Shown: one piece after another, positions 8,448 through 18,763 of the stretch
How the letters are laid out: each line of letters starts with the position of its first letter
Position numbering within the stretch: position 1 is the stretch's first letter
From: Sandaracinaceae bacterium
Lineage (GTDB): Bacteria > Myxococcota_A > Polyangia > Polyangiales > Sandaracinaceae
Length of the DNA: 23,897 bases
Assembly: GCA_044220955.1 (NCBI GenBank)
Contig: JBGAQA010000097.1
Location: 1 to 23,897 of the forward strand
Direction of reading: 5' to 3'
Position numbers and translations under genes: made by a program
The notes under the pieces: generated by a model
Told to the model about the DNA's origin: nothing
The model's input: the letters and a program-made list of their open reading frames with translations, nothing else
Databases searched by the model: none

Positions 8448-8489
8448 GACGCGGGGTTGTACCGCGTTCGCGCTCCGGGAGCCTGACCG

Positions 8490-9902
<1,413 letters not shown>

Positions 9903-9963
9903 TAGACTCGAGACGGCTCGCGCGATTCTTGCGTGCGCCGGGGCGTTGCTCGGAGGAAGTGGT

Positions 9964-10506
9964 ATGTCTACGAGGCGCGCGTCGACGAGGAGAGCCCGAC
10001 GGCGGGGTGGCTTCACGCTCATCGAGCTCATGATCGTGGTCGCGATCATCGGGATCCTGGCGGCGATCGCCATCCCGGCGTTCCGCAACTACGTCATGCG
10101 CTCGCGAACGGTGGAAGCCTTCGACTTCCTGGGTGAGATCCACCTGCGTCAGGAGAGCTACCGCTCGGAGTTCGGACGCTACGCGAACATCCCCGAGTGG
10201 TCCCCGGCGGCGTACGCCCCGCCCAGCGTGACGGTCCCTTTCGACGCCACCATCGGCGGCTGGCGGCAGCTCGGCGCCATGCCCGATGCGAACGTCCGCT
10301 TCCAGTACCAGGTGCTGGCGGGCGTCCCCGGCGTCGCGACGCCGGTGCCCGGCTACGCGGCCACCGACTACTGGTTCGTGTCCCACGCGCAGGCGGATCT
10401 CGACGGCGACGGCACGGTCATGGCGGTCGAGGGCTATGCCCCGACGGGCCGCGTGTTCGTCTCGCAGGGCATCGGCGGGGCCTACCTCTCGAGCGGGTGG
10501 GAGTGA
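9964..10506 (+). CDS. Type IV prepilin-like protein (pilin 1)
   Basis: RBS ggagga at 9952 and ATG 9964. Basic leader ending [24 protein letters not shown] with E5 and P22; C-terminal ADLDGDG. Confidence 0.9.
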   Translation: MSTRRASTRRARRRGGFTLIELMIVVAIIGILAAIAIPAFRNYVMRSRTVEAFDFLGEIHLRQESYRSEFGRYANIPEWSPAAYAPPSVTVPFDATIGGWRQLGAMPDANVRFQYQVLAGVPGVATPVPGYAATDYWFVSHAQADLDGDGTVMAVEGYAPTGRVFVSQGIGGAYLSSGWE

Positions 10507-10551
10507 CGTTTTTCGTCACCCGTCGACGCTCGGACCGACGGGAATCGTCAC
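10503..10551. promoter_or_regulatory. Two dyad sites GACG-N5-CGTC, candidate PilR enhancer
   Basis: GTGACG-TTTTT-CGTCAC (10503-10519) and ccGACG-GGAAT-CGTCAC (10535-10551). Their centres are 32 bp apart, upstream of the sigma-54 promoter. Confidence 0.65.
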
Positions 10552-10592
10552 GTTTGCAGCGTCTCTCGCCATCGTCGCTGTAGTTCGGGCCC

Positions 10593-10608
10593 TGGCACGC
10601 AAGCTGCT
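10593..10608 (+). promoter_or_regulatory. Sigma-54 -24/-12 promoter of pilin 2
   Basis: TGGCACGCAAGCTGCT: GG-N10-GC, matching TGGCACG-N4-TTGC with one mismatch. Confidence 0.85.
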
Positions 10609-10651
10609 CCTTCACGAGCACGGCGGGACGCAACCACCCCGGAGGACGCAG

Positions 10652-11206
10652 ATGACGAAGATGCTCAAGAGTCGCAAGTCGGGTTTCACGCTCATCGAGC
10701 TGATGATCGTCGTGGCCATCATCGGGATCCTGGCGGCCATCGCCATCCCGGCCTTCGTCAACTACGCGCGTCGCGCGAAGACGGCCGAGGCTGGCTCGAA
10801 CCTCACCAACCTGTTCACCGGCGCGGCCTCGTACTACCAGGCCGAGCACTGGAGCCAGCGCGCCGTGACGCGCGCGACCACGACCGCGTCCACCGGATGC
10901 ACCGTCGTCGCGCAGGCGGACGGCAGCACGCCCAGCTCCGGCAAGCACACGGTCGACTTCAGCGCGCTCGCGTCGTTCACGGCGCTCAGCTTCAACCTCG
11001 CCGATCCGGCGTACTACAGCTACTCCATCGTCGGCTCGACCAACTCGTGCGGCCACGTCGCGGGCCAGAACCTGTACTCGTTCGACGCCGTCGGTGACCT
11101 CGACGGTGACACGACGCTCTCGACCTTCGAGATCGCGGCCGGTGCAGACCCGCAGAACGACCTCTACCGGACGCCGGGCATCTACGTGATCAACGAGCTC
11201 GAGTAG
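10652..11206 (+). CDS. pilA: Type IV major pilin (pilin 2)
   Basis: RBS ggagga at 10641. Leader [35 protein letters not shown], then AKTAEA, two Cys and GDLDGD. It has its own sigma-54 promoter and terminator. Confidence 0.9.
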   Translation: MTKMLKSRKSGFTLIELMIVVAIIGILAAIAIPAFVNYARRAKTAEAGSNLTNLFTGAASYYQAEHWSQRAVTRATTTASTGCTVVAQADGSTPSSGKHTVDFSALASFTALSFNLADPAYYSYSIVGSTNSCGHVAGQNLYSFDAVGDLDGDTTLSTFEIAAGADPQNDLYRTPGIYVINELE

Positions 11207-11229
11207 TCGAGATCTCGATCGGTTCGCGA

Positions 11230-11268
11230 ACGGCGGGGGCTCTCACGAGCTCCCGCCGTCGGCTTTTT
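11230..11268 (+). terminator. Probable intrinsic terminator after pilA
   Basis: Hairpin acggcgggggctc-tcac-gagctcccgccgt (one G-U pair) followed by cggcttttt. Confidence 0.7.
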
Positions 11269-11298
11269 CCGTCCCGCTTCGGGCCGACACCGTGTGGC

Positions 11299-12201
11299 AT
11301 GATCGGCGCGATGTGGCAGCCCCGGCCCGTCCTCCCGATCGCCGCCGCGCTCCTGCTCGGCGCGCTGGCGTCGGCCGCGCGGCTGCCGGCGACCGAGCGC
11401 TATCGGCAGGTGAGCACGTACGAGGACCGGTACTACCTGCCCGCGCCCGCGTGGCTCGAGCTCTTCTGTCTCGGGCACCGCGAAGCGGCCGCCGACCTGG
11501 TGTGGCTGCGCATGCTCGTCTACTACGGCGACGAGCTCGTGCACCAAGGAGAGGAGCGCCACGTCTTCGAGTACGCGGAGGCCGCCCTGGCTCTCGACCC
11601 CGACGACTCGCGGATCTACCGCTGGCTCGGCACGCTCGGGATCTACCGGGCGTCGGCCATCACCGCCGACGACGTCGAGCGGACCGCCGCGATCATGGAG
11701 CGCGGTGCGGCGCGCTTCCCGAACGACGGCGAGCTGCAGTGGCGAACCGGCGCCGTCCTCGCCTTCGAGCTGCCCCACCTGTACGCGGATCGACCCGATG
11801 AGGCGCTCCGCGCGCGCGAGCGGGCGCTGCCCTACCTCATCCGCGCGACGCAGCTCGGCGCCGCACCACCCTACGCGACGCTCTTGAACGCGTCGCTCCT
11901 CATGCGCGTCGGACACGCCGAGGAGGCTGCTCGGCACCTCGAAGAGATGTACGCCGTGACCGACGACTACGAGATGCGCGCGCAGATCGCCGCGCGGATC
12001 GAGACGCTCCGATCGGAGGCGTTCACCACCGCGTTCGTCGAGGAGAACCAGCGCTTCGAGGACGCCTGGAGCCGCGAGATGCCCTACGCGCCCGCCGCGC
12101 TCTACGACCTCGCCGGGCCCGTTCCGGTGATCGACACGCAGGCCGTGCTCCGCGACGGCTTCGGCGCGCACGTGTTCGACGACGAGCCCGCCTTCCAGTG
12201 A
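11299..12201 (+). CDS. Pilin-associated helical/TPR-like accessory protein (myxobacterial PilG-like)
   Basis: N-terminal signal/TM and 'ADLVWLRMLVYYG...LDP...IY' motif, recalled from genes next to deltaproteobacterial pilA. Alternative start is 11311. The family call is tentative. Confidence 0.6.
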   Translation: MIGAMWQPRPVLPIAAALLLGALASAARLPATERYRQVSTYEDRYYLPAPAWLELFCLGHREAAADLVWLRMLVYYGDELVHQGEERHVFEYAEAALALDPDDSRIYRWLGTLGIYRASAITADDVERTAAIMERGAARFPNDGELQWRTGAVLAFELPHLYADRPDEALRARERALPYLIRATQLGAAPPYATLLNASLLMRVGHAEEAARHLEEMYAVTDDYEMRAQIAARIETLRSEAFTTAFVEENQRFEDAWSREMPYAPAALYDLAGPVPVIDTQAVLRDGFGAHVFDDEPAFQ

Positions 12202-13670
12202 ACGAGGTGCGGGTTCGGTGGGTCGCGGCGGCCGTGTTCGCGCTCACGCTCGCGGGCGCGCTCGCCTTCGACGCTCCGCTCGGCGAGCCGTGCCTCGACG
12301 ACGCGTACATCCACCTCGCGTACGCGGCGAGCCTGCGCGCGGGCGACGGGCTCAGCTACAACCCAGCCGACCACGAGCTGGGCGTCACCAGCCCGCTCTG
12401 GGTGATCCTGCTCGCCCTGCTCCCCTCGGTCGGCGCGCTCGGCGCCAAGCTGCTGGGCGCGACCCTGCATGCCGCGAGCGCGAGCGTGTCGGCGCTGCTC
12501 GCCGCCGAGATCCCGACCGGGCTCACGAGCGATGGCCGGTGGCTCGGCGCCGGGGTCGCGGGCGCGCTCGTCGCGCTTCATCCGCTGCTCCTGCAGGGCG
12601 CGACGAGCGGGATGGAGGTGCCGCTCACCGTGCTCTTGCTCGCGGGGGCGACGCTCGCGACGGTGAGGGACCGCGCCGGGCTCGCCGCGCTGAGCAGCGC
12701 GCTCGCGGTGCTGGCGCGCCCGGAGTCGATCGTCTTCGCGCTCGGGCTCTCCGCGCTCGCCGCCGTCCAGACGCGTCGCCGGGACGCCGCCGCCCCGGCG
12801 CTCGGCGCGGCCGGGGCGCAGCTGGCGTTCGTCGCCTACTGCGAGGCCGCGCAGGGCTGGCCGCTCCCGAACACGTTCTACGTGAAGGCGCACGGCGCGA
12901 CGGCCGAGGCGCTGGCGTATCTGGGCGTGAGAGTGCTCTCGCAGGAGGCGTGGCTCGTCGGCGTCGGCGGTGCGCTCGTGCTCGGCGCGGCGATGTGGCG
13001 GGCGTGGCGCGCGGGCACTCGCTGGCTCGCGGGCCTGGCGCTCGTCTGGCTCCTGACGCTGCTGTCGATCGCGCTGAGCCGGCACCTGCCGATGCACGTG
13101 CTCTTCTACGCGCAGCGCTACTTCGCGATCGTCGCGTTCGTGCCGCCCGCGCTCGTAGGCGCCGCCGTCGGTGCCGACCGGCGCCGCGCGGCCGCGCTCC
13201 TGGTGACCGCCGGCGCGTTCACGGCGCTCGTCCTGCCCGGCACCCGCGCCACGATGCTCGCGCAGGAGGACGACATCCGCCTGCTCCACGTCGAGCCCGC
13301 GGCGTGGATCGCGCGGACGCTGCCCGCCGACGCGACCGTGCTCGTCGAGGGCGCGGGCGCGATGCGCTTCGTCGCGCCGCGCACCATGCGCATCGTCGAC
13401 CTCGCCGGCCTGAACGACGGCGTCATCGCGCACACCGACGTCGGCACGCGGCCCTGTGCGTGGATCGCGCGCCGGCCCGCGTACCTCGCGGTTCCCTCCG
13501 AGCTGATGTCGGGCGTGCGGGCGGTCTTCGCGGGCGAGGTGATCCATCGCGCTGAGGACCCGCACTACAGCCAGGTGACGCCCCCGTCCCGGCGCGCGGT
13601 GTACGTCGTCCGCGTGACCGGGGTCGCGCCGGCGGCGCTCGAGGCCTGTCGCGCCAGGCTCGGTGGTTGA
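12198..13670 (+). CDS. GT-C-fold membrane glycosyltransferase (DDAYI family)
   Basis: DDAYIHLAYA..GDGLSYNP..GVTSPLW, SGME, RPE, PLPNTFYVK and DLAGLND motifs; many TMs; GTGA overlap with the upstream gene. Confidence 0.75.
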   Translation: MNEVRVRWVAAAVFALTLAGALAFDAPLGEPCLDDAYIHLAYAASLRAGDGLSYNPADHELGVTSPLWVILLALLPSVGALGAKLLGATLHAASASVSALLAAEIPTGLTSDGRWLGAGVAGALVALHPLLLQGATSGMEVPLTVLLLAGATLATVRDRAGLAALSSALAVLARPESIVFALGLSALAAVQTRRRDAAAPALGAAGAQLAFVAYCEAAQGWPLPNTFYVKAHGATAEALAYLGVRVLSQEAWLVGVGGALVLGAAMWRAWRAGTRWLAGLALVWLLTLLSIALSRHLPMHVLFYAQRYFAIVAFVPPALVGAAVGADRRRAAALLVTAGAFTALVLPGTRATMLAQEDDIRLLHVEPAAWIARTLPADATVLVEGAGAMRFVAPRTMRIVDLAGLNDGVIAHTDVGTRPCAWIARRPAYLAVPSELMSGVRAVFAGEVIHRAEDPHYSQVTPPSRRAVYVVRVTGVAPAALEACRARLGG

Positions 13671-13689
13671 GCGCGCGAGCCCGCTCGCG

Positions 13690-15063
13690 TCAGGTCGGGG
13701 GCGCGTCCTTCGGCGTCCCGTCGATCCCCGACGACGTGGCCGACGCCGGCTCGCCGAGCGCCACCTCGCGGAAGTGGAGGAAGAGCGTCTGGGCGATGCT
13801 CAGGATCGGGACGGCGAGCAGCGCCCCGAGGATCCCGAAGAAGTGCTCGCCCGCGATCAGGGAGAACACCACCAGCACGGGATGCACCTTCGCCGCGTCG
13901 CCCATGATCTTCGGGTTGAGCAGGTTCGCCTCGATCTGGTGGATCACGATGATCCAGCCGAGCACGAGCAGCGCGACGGCCGGTCCCTGCTGCAGGCCGA
14001 CGATCACCGCCGGGACCGAGCTGAGGATCGCGCCGAAGATCGGGATGATCGAGAGCAGCGTCGCGATCAGCGTGAGGATGGGCCAGTAGTGCACGCCGAT
14101 CACCCAGAAGCCCACGCCGCTCAGCGCGCCGTTCACGAGGCAGATGACGAGCTGGCCGCGCACGACGCCCGAGAGCCCGCGATCCATGCGGCGCAGCAGC
14201 GTGTCGAAGCGGTAGCGCCGCGCCGGCGAGACGAGGCTGCGGAAGAACGCGAAGATCGCGTCGCTCGAGATCAGCACGTAGGCGCTGATCATCAGCATGA
14301 TGAAGAACTTGAAGATGCCGTTGATGGTCGCCGCCACGAACGACTGGACGGTCGCGAGCGCGCCGACGGCCGTGGCCTCGCCCTCGCTGAACTGTCGCTG
14401 GATCGCCCGGTTGATCGTGGTGGCGAGATCTCGGCGGTGCGGCGAGTCTTCGTCCAGCTCGGCGGCGCGGACGACGAAGCGGTGCTCGTCCTCCTGCTGC
14501 TCGACGACGATCCCGTCGTCGGGGAGCACGACCTCGAACCCGCCCCCGTCGATCGGCACGACGCGGATGGTGCGGGCCGGCTCGATCCCGTCCGGCGGCG
14601 CAGGCTCCTGGTCCGCCTCGTCCGCGGGGCCCATCGAGCTCGAGATGGAGCGCAGGCGCGCGTCGATCGCGGGGAGCCACTCGGCCCGGGCGGTCTCGAT
14701 CGCGCGCGGCGCGTCGTGGGCGAGGTGCTGGACCTCGCGCACGAGCAGGGGCACGCCGAGCGCCAGGGCCGTCGCCATCGTCCCGAGCAGGGCGAGGTAG
14801 AGCACGAGCACCGCGACCCAGCGCGGCATCGCGCGCCCGCCGAGGCGCAGCTTCTGCATCGCCTCGACGACGGGCGCGAACACGTACGCGACCACGAGCG
14901 CCACCATGAAGGGCGCGAGCACCTCCCGGAACAGGAAGAGCACGACCGCGAGCACGGCGCCCGCGATCGAGAGGAACACGGTGCGCCGCACGCTCGAGCC
15001 GGGACCGTCCTGGGGGAGCGCGGCCTCGCTTCGTTCGTCGCCCACGTCAGGGCTATAGCTCAT
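13690..15063 (-). CDS. AI-2E family transporter
   Basis: ATG 15063 overlaps the upstream stop. Motifs: APF..A..VAY.F.P.V, RGQL, IIPIFGAILS, QIEANLLNPKIMG, HP and FGILGALLAVP. Confidence 0.9.
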   Translation of the reverse strand: MSYSPDVGDERSEAALPQDGPGSSVRRTVFLSIAGAVLAVVLFLFREVLAPFMVALVVAYVFAPVVEAMQKLRLGGRAMPRWVAVLVLYLALLGTMATALALGVPLLVREVQHLAHDAPRAIETARAEWLPAIDARLRSISSSMGPADEADQEPAPPDGIEPARTIRVVPIDGGGFEVVLPDDGIVVEQQEDEHRFVVRAAELDEDSPHRRDLATTINRAIQRQFSEGEATAVGALATVQSFVAATINGIFKFFIMLMISAYVLISSDAIFAFFRSLVSPARRYRFDTLLRRMDRGLSGVVRGQLVICLVNGALSGVGFWVIGVHYWPILTLIATLLSIIPIFGAILSSVPAVIVGLQQGPAVALLVLGWIIVIHQIEANLLNPKIMGDAAKVHPVLVVFSLIAGEHFFGILGALLAVPILSIAQTLFLHFREVALGEPASATSSGIDGTPKDAPPT

Positions 15064-15878
15064 TCCCCGGTGAACTGGGGCTTGCGCTTCGCGGCGAAGG
15101 CCGCCAGCGCCTCGGTCCGGTCCTTCGAGATCAGCGTCCGCTCGTAGCAGGCCCGCTCGAACGAGAGTCCGTCCTCGAGCGCGAGATCGCTCGCGGCGTC
15201 CACGGCGGCCAGCGCGGAGGCGATGGCGATGGGCGCCGCGGTGAGCAGCGGCTCGGCCCAGGCGAGGGCCGCGTCGAGCGCGCTCTGCCCCTCGGCGGCG
15301 AGCCGGTTCACGACGCCCAGCGCGAGCGCCTCGCCCGCGTCGATCCGGCGCGCGAACACGATGAGCTCCTTGGCGCGGGAGGCGCCGATCTCCCGCACGA
15401 GCCGCTGCGTGCCGCCCGCGCCGGGGATGATGCCGAGCGAGGTCTCGGTCAGCCCGATCTGCGCGCCGCGCGAGGCGATCCGGAAGTCGCACGCCAGGGC
15501 GAGCTCGAGCCCGCCTCCGAACGCGACCCCGTCGATCGCGGCGATCACCGGCTTGTCGAGGCGGTCGAGATCCCGGAAGCACACGCGGTAGAGCGAGAGG
15601 AAGTCGCGCACCTCCTCCTCGCCCATGCCCTGCCGCTCCTTGAGGTCGGCCCCCGCGCAGAAGGCCTGGCCGCCCGCGCCGGTCAGGATCACGGCGCGCA
15701 GCGTGCGGTCGCCGGCGGCCTCGCGCGCGAGGCGCCCGATCTCGCGGACCACGGAGCGCGAGAGCGCGTTGCGCCGGTCCGGGCGATCGATCGTCCAGAT
15801 CCCGAGCCCACCGCGGCGCTCGCTCCTGACGCCGACCTGCCCACCCGCTGCCTCGATCTCACGCTCGACGGTGCCCAT
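15060..15878 (-). CDS. Enoyl-CoA hydratase/isomerase (crotonase) family protein
   Basis: RPDRRNALS, AFCAGADLKER, GGGLELALACD and ETSLGIIPGAGGTQRL. Confidence 0.93.
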   Translation of the reverse strand: MGTVEREIEAAGGQVGVRSERRGGLGIWTIDRPDRRNALSRSVVREIGRLAREAAGDRTLRAVILTGAGGQAFCAGADLKERQGMGEEEVRDFLSLYRVCFRDLDRLDKPVIAAIDGVAFGGGLELALACDFRIASRGAQIGLTETSLGIIPGAGGTQRLVREIGASRAKELIVFARRIDAGEALALGVVNRLAAEGQSALDAALAWAEPLLTAAPIAIASALAAVDAASDLALEDGLSFERACYERTLISKDRTEALAAFAAKRKPQFTGE

Positions 15879-15910
15879 GGCGTCGACCTATCGCGGGCCG
15901 CGGCGCGCGG

Positions 15911-16744
15911 TCAAGCACCGGACGAGGCGCGCTTCTTGGCCTCGATCCACAGCGCGTCGAGCTCGGCCGGGGTCATCGACGCGAGGTCGCGTCCGCGCTC
16001 GCGCGCCTGGCTCTCCACGGACGAGAAGCGCTGGCTGAAGCGCGCGAGCGAGCCGCGGAGCGCGCTCTCGGGATCGAGCTTGCGGTGCCGCGCCCAGCTC
16101 GCGAGGGCGAAGAGCACGTCGCCGAGCTCCTGCTCCATGCGTGCCGCGTCGCCGCTCTCCGCCGCCTCGTCCAGCTCGCGCAGCTCCTCGTCCACCTTCG
16201 CGCGCACGGCCGTGGCGTCGGGCCAGTCGAAGCCGAAGCGGCCCGCCTTCTCGCCGACCCGCATCGCGCGCAGGAGCGCCGGCATCGCCACGGGCACGCC
16301 GTCGAGCGCGCCCTTCTCGCGCTTGCCCTTGGCCGCGCGCTCGCGCGCCTTGCGCTGCTCCCAGTCGGCGAGCACCTGGTCGGCCGTCTCGAGACTCCCC
16401 CGCCCCTCGGCCAGGGTGCCGAACACGTGCGGGTGACGGGCGACCATCTTCGTGACGATGCCGCGCACCACGTCGTCGGGGCCGAACCAGCCCTTCGCGC
16501 GCCCGATCTCGCTCTGGAACACGATCTGGAGCAGCAGATCGCCGAGCTCCTCGCGCAGCGCCTCGGGCGAGCCGCGATCGATCGCGTCCACGACCTCGTG
16601 GGCCTCCTCGATCACGAACGTCCGCAGCGTCTCGAGGGTCTGCTCGCGATCCCAGGGGCAGCCGTCCGGGGCGAGCAGGCGCTGCATGAGCTCCACCAGC
16701 TCGGGGAGGCTCTGGCCCCGCTGCTCGGGGAAGTTCTCGCTCAC
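15911..16744 (-). CDS. mazG: Nucleoside triphosphate pyrophosphohydrolase MazG
   Basis: [32 protein letters not shown] and a second ELGDVLF. Confidence 0.95.
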   Translation of the reverse strand: MSENFPEQRGQSLPELVELMQRLLAPDGCPWDREQTLETLRTFVIEEAHEVVDAIDRGSPEALREELGDLLLQIVFQSEIGRAKGWFGPDDVVRGIVTKMVARHPHVFGTLAEGRGSLETADQVLADWEQRKARERAAKGKREKGALDGVPVAMPALLRAMRVGEKAGRFGFDWPDATAVRAKVDEELRELDEAAESGDAARMEQELGDVLFALASWARHRKLDPESALRGSLARFSQRFSSVESQARERGRDLASMTPAELDALWIEAKKRASSGA

Positions 16745-17598
16745 CGGGCCACCCGCGCCTCGGCCGCGTCGACCGCGTTGGACAGCAGCATCGCGATGGT
16801 CATCGGCCCGACGCCTCCCGGCACCGGCGTGATCGCCGAGGCCCGCTCGCGCGCGCTGGCGAAGTGGACGTCACCGACGAGCGTGCCGTCCGGCAGGCGG
16901 TTGATCCCGACGTCGATGACGACCGCGCCTTCCTTGATCCACTCCCCACGCACCATCTCGGCCTTGCCGACGGCCGCGATCACGACGTCCGCCTCGCGGA
17001 CGCGCGCGGGAAGATCCGAGGTGCGCGAGTGCGCGAGCACGACGGTCGCGTTGCGCTCGAGCAGCATCGCCGCGATGGGCTTGCCGACCAGGTTGGAGCG
17101 GCCGATGACGATGGCCCGCGACCCCTCGAGCTTGGTCCCGACCTCGTCGAGCAGGCGCATCGAGCCCGCGGGTGTGCACGGCCTGAGGCCCTTGCGTCCG
17201 ACCCAGAGCAGCCCCGCGTTGTGGGGCGTGAGGCCGTCGACGTCCTTGGCGGGGTCGAGGGCGTCCACCACCGCGAGCGGATCGATCTGCTTGGGCACGG
17301 GCAGCTGCACGAGGATGCCGTCCACCTCCGGCGCGTCGTTCAGCTCGCGCACCTTCGCGAGCAGCGCCGCCTGGGACGTGTCCGCGGGCATCCGGTGGAC
17401 GGCCCCGCGGAGGCCCGCCTTCGCCGCCGCCGTCTCCTTGTTCCGCACGTACACGTGCGAGGCCGGATCGTCGCCCACCAGGACGACGTCGAGGCCCGGC
17501 GCGCGCCCGTGCGCGGCGCGGAACGCCTCGGCCCGCGCCTTGACCTCCGCGCGGACCCCCTCCGCGACGGCCTTCCCATCGATGATGCGTGCGCTCAT
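16741..17598 (-). CDS. folD: Methylenetetrahydrofolate dehydrogenase/cyclohydrolase
   Basis: [35 protein letters not shown] and [16 protein letters not shown]. Confidence 0.97.
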   Translation of the reverse strand: MSARIIDGKAVAEGVRAEVKARAEAFRAAHGRAPGLDVVLVGDDPASHVYVRNKETAAAKAGLRGAVHRMPADTSQAALLAKVRELNDAPEVDGILVQLPVPKQIDPLAVVDALDPAKDVDGLTPHNAGLLWVGRKGLRPCTPAGSMRLLDEVGTKLEGSRAIVIGRSNLVGKPIAAMLLERNATVVLAHSRTSDLPARVREADVVIAAVGKAEMVRGEWIKEGAVVIDVGINRLPDGTLVGDVHFASARERASAITPVPGGVGPMTIAMLLSNAVDAAEARVAR

Positions 17599-17678
17599 GA
17601 GGGCGTTCTACATCAAGCGGCGCCGATTTGTTGCTGCCCGGTCGGGCCGCCGGCGACGATCTCGGTCGAGGTATCGCA

Positions 17679-18212
17679 ATGCTGGAGCACGTCGAGATCG
17701 TTCCTTCGTCCCGCCGCTCGGTCCGCCGCGCCGTGGAGATCGGCTGCGAGCTCGTCACGCGCTCCGCCGTGCACGTCGAGCGCGTGCTCGATCTCTCGAC
17801 CCAGGGGGCGCGCGTCCGGAGCCGCGTGGCGGCCCGCCGGGGCGAGGAGTGCTTGCTCACGTTCGTGCCCCCGGGCGCCCCGCGTCGCGTGTCGGCGCTC
17901 GGCACGGTGCAGCACGGGGAGGACGGCGTCCTGGGCGTGAAGTTCGCTTCGCTCGAGCGCATCGACGAGGAGACGCTCGGCCAGCACCTGCGCGGCCTCC
18001 CCCCGCCGCTGCCGAAGAAGCAGGCGCGCGTCCGGCGCGAGCTCGTCTGGGTCGACGCCCTGCTCACGTACGAGGAGGATCTCGGCGACCGCGTCCACGT
18101 CTACGAGGTGTCGGAGGCCGTCGCGATGGAGCAGGATCTCGCGTTCGACGTCGCGCCGCTCGCCGCGATGATGACGGCCGGGACGCCGCGCTATCGCTGG
18201 ACCCTGAGGTAG
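17679..18212 (+). CDS. PilZ domain protein
   Basis: RBS gaggt and ATG 17679; RxxxR (RRSVR) and DxSxxG (DLSTQG) motifs, then GVKF. Confidence 0.8.
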   Translation: MLEHVEIVPSSRRSVRRAVEIGCELVTRSAVHVERVLDLSTQGARVRSRVAARRGEECLLTFVPPGAPRRVSALGTVQHGEDGVLGVKFASLERIDEETLGQHLRGLPPPLPKKQARVRRELVWVDALLTYEEDLGDRVHVYEVSEAVAMEQDLAFDVAPLAAMMTAGTPRYRWTLR

Positions 18213-18238
18213 CCTCGTCGCTCGCCCCGTCCCGTCGA

Positions 18239-18763
18239 TCAGTGCGCCGCGACGAGCTGCCGCACCTCGCGCTCGATGGCCGCGCGATCGGCGGCGCGAT
18301 AGCCGCGGTGCACGAAGCGGACGATGCCGTGGCGGTCGATGATGAACGAGGTCGGCATCCCCGACGGGTGATAGCGGTCCGCGACCGCGTGCCCGTTGTC
18401 GTGCACGATCGGGAAGGTCACGTGCACGCGCCGCAGGAACGATGTGATGTTCCCGGCGGAGCTGTCCTGCGAGACGCCGACGACGTCGAGCCCCTGCGCG
18501 TGCAGCGAGGTGTAGAGCGCCTCGAGCACCGGCATCTCGTCCGCGCACGGCTCGCACCAGCTCGCCCAGAAGTCCACGACGATCACGTGGCCGCGCATGC
18601 TCGCGAGGTCCACCCGGTGCCCGTCGCGGTCGTTCAGGCCGATCTCCGGGGCCCGCGCGCCCGGGTCGAGCGCCCAGGCCGTCGAGGCCCCGAGGAGCAC
18701 CGCCAGGATCACCGCAAGTCGTGTCACGACCGCATTGGACGCCCGAGACTGCACGGGATTCAT
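18239..18763 (-). CDS. TlpA/ResA-family thiol-disulfide oxidoreductase
   Basis: ATG 18763 (ATGA overlap); signal peptide, VDFWASWCEPC and MPTSFIIDR. Confidence 0.9.
   Translation of the reverse strand: MNPVQSRASNAVVTRLAVILAVLLGASTAWALDPGARAPEIGLNDRDGHRVDLASMRGHVIVVDFWASWCEPCADEMPVLEALYTSLHAQGLDVVGVSQDSSAGNITSFLRRVHVTFPIVHDNGHAVADRYHPSGMPTSFIIDRHGIVRFVHRGYRAADRAAIEREVRQLVAAH

Noticed and set aside
9915..9950. Sigma-54 promoter for pilin 1 (two TTGC words)
   Set aside because: Neither has GG at the required 10-nt spacing.
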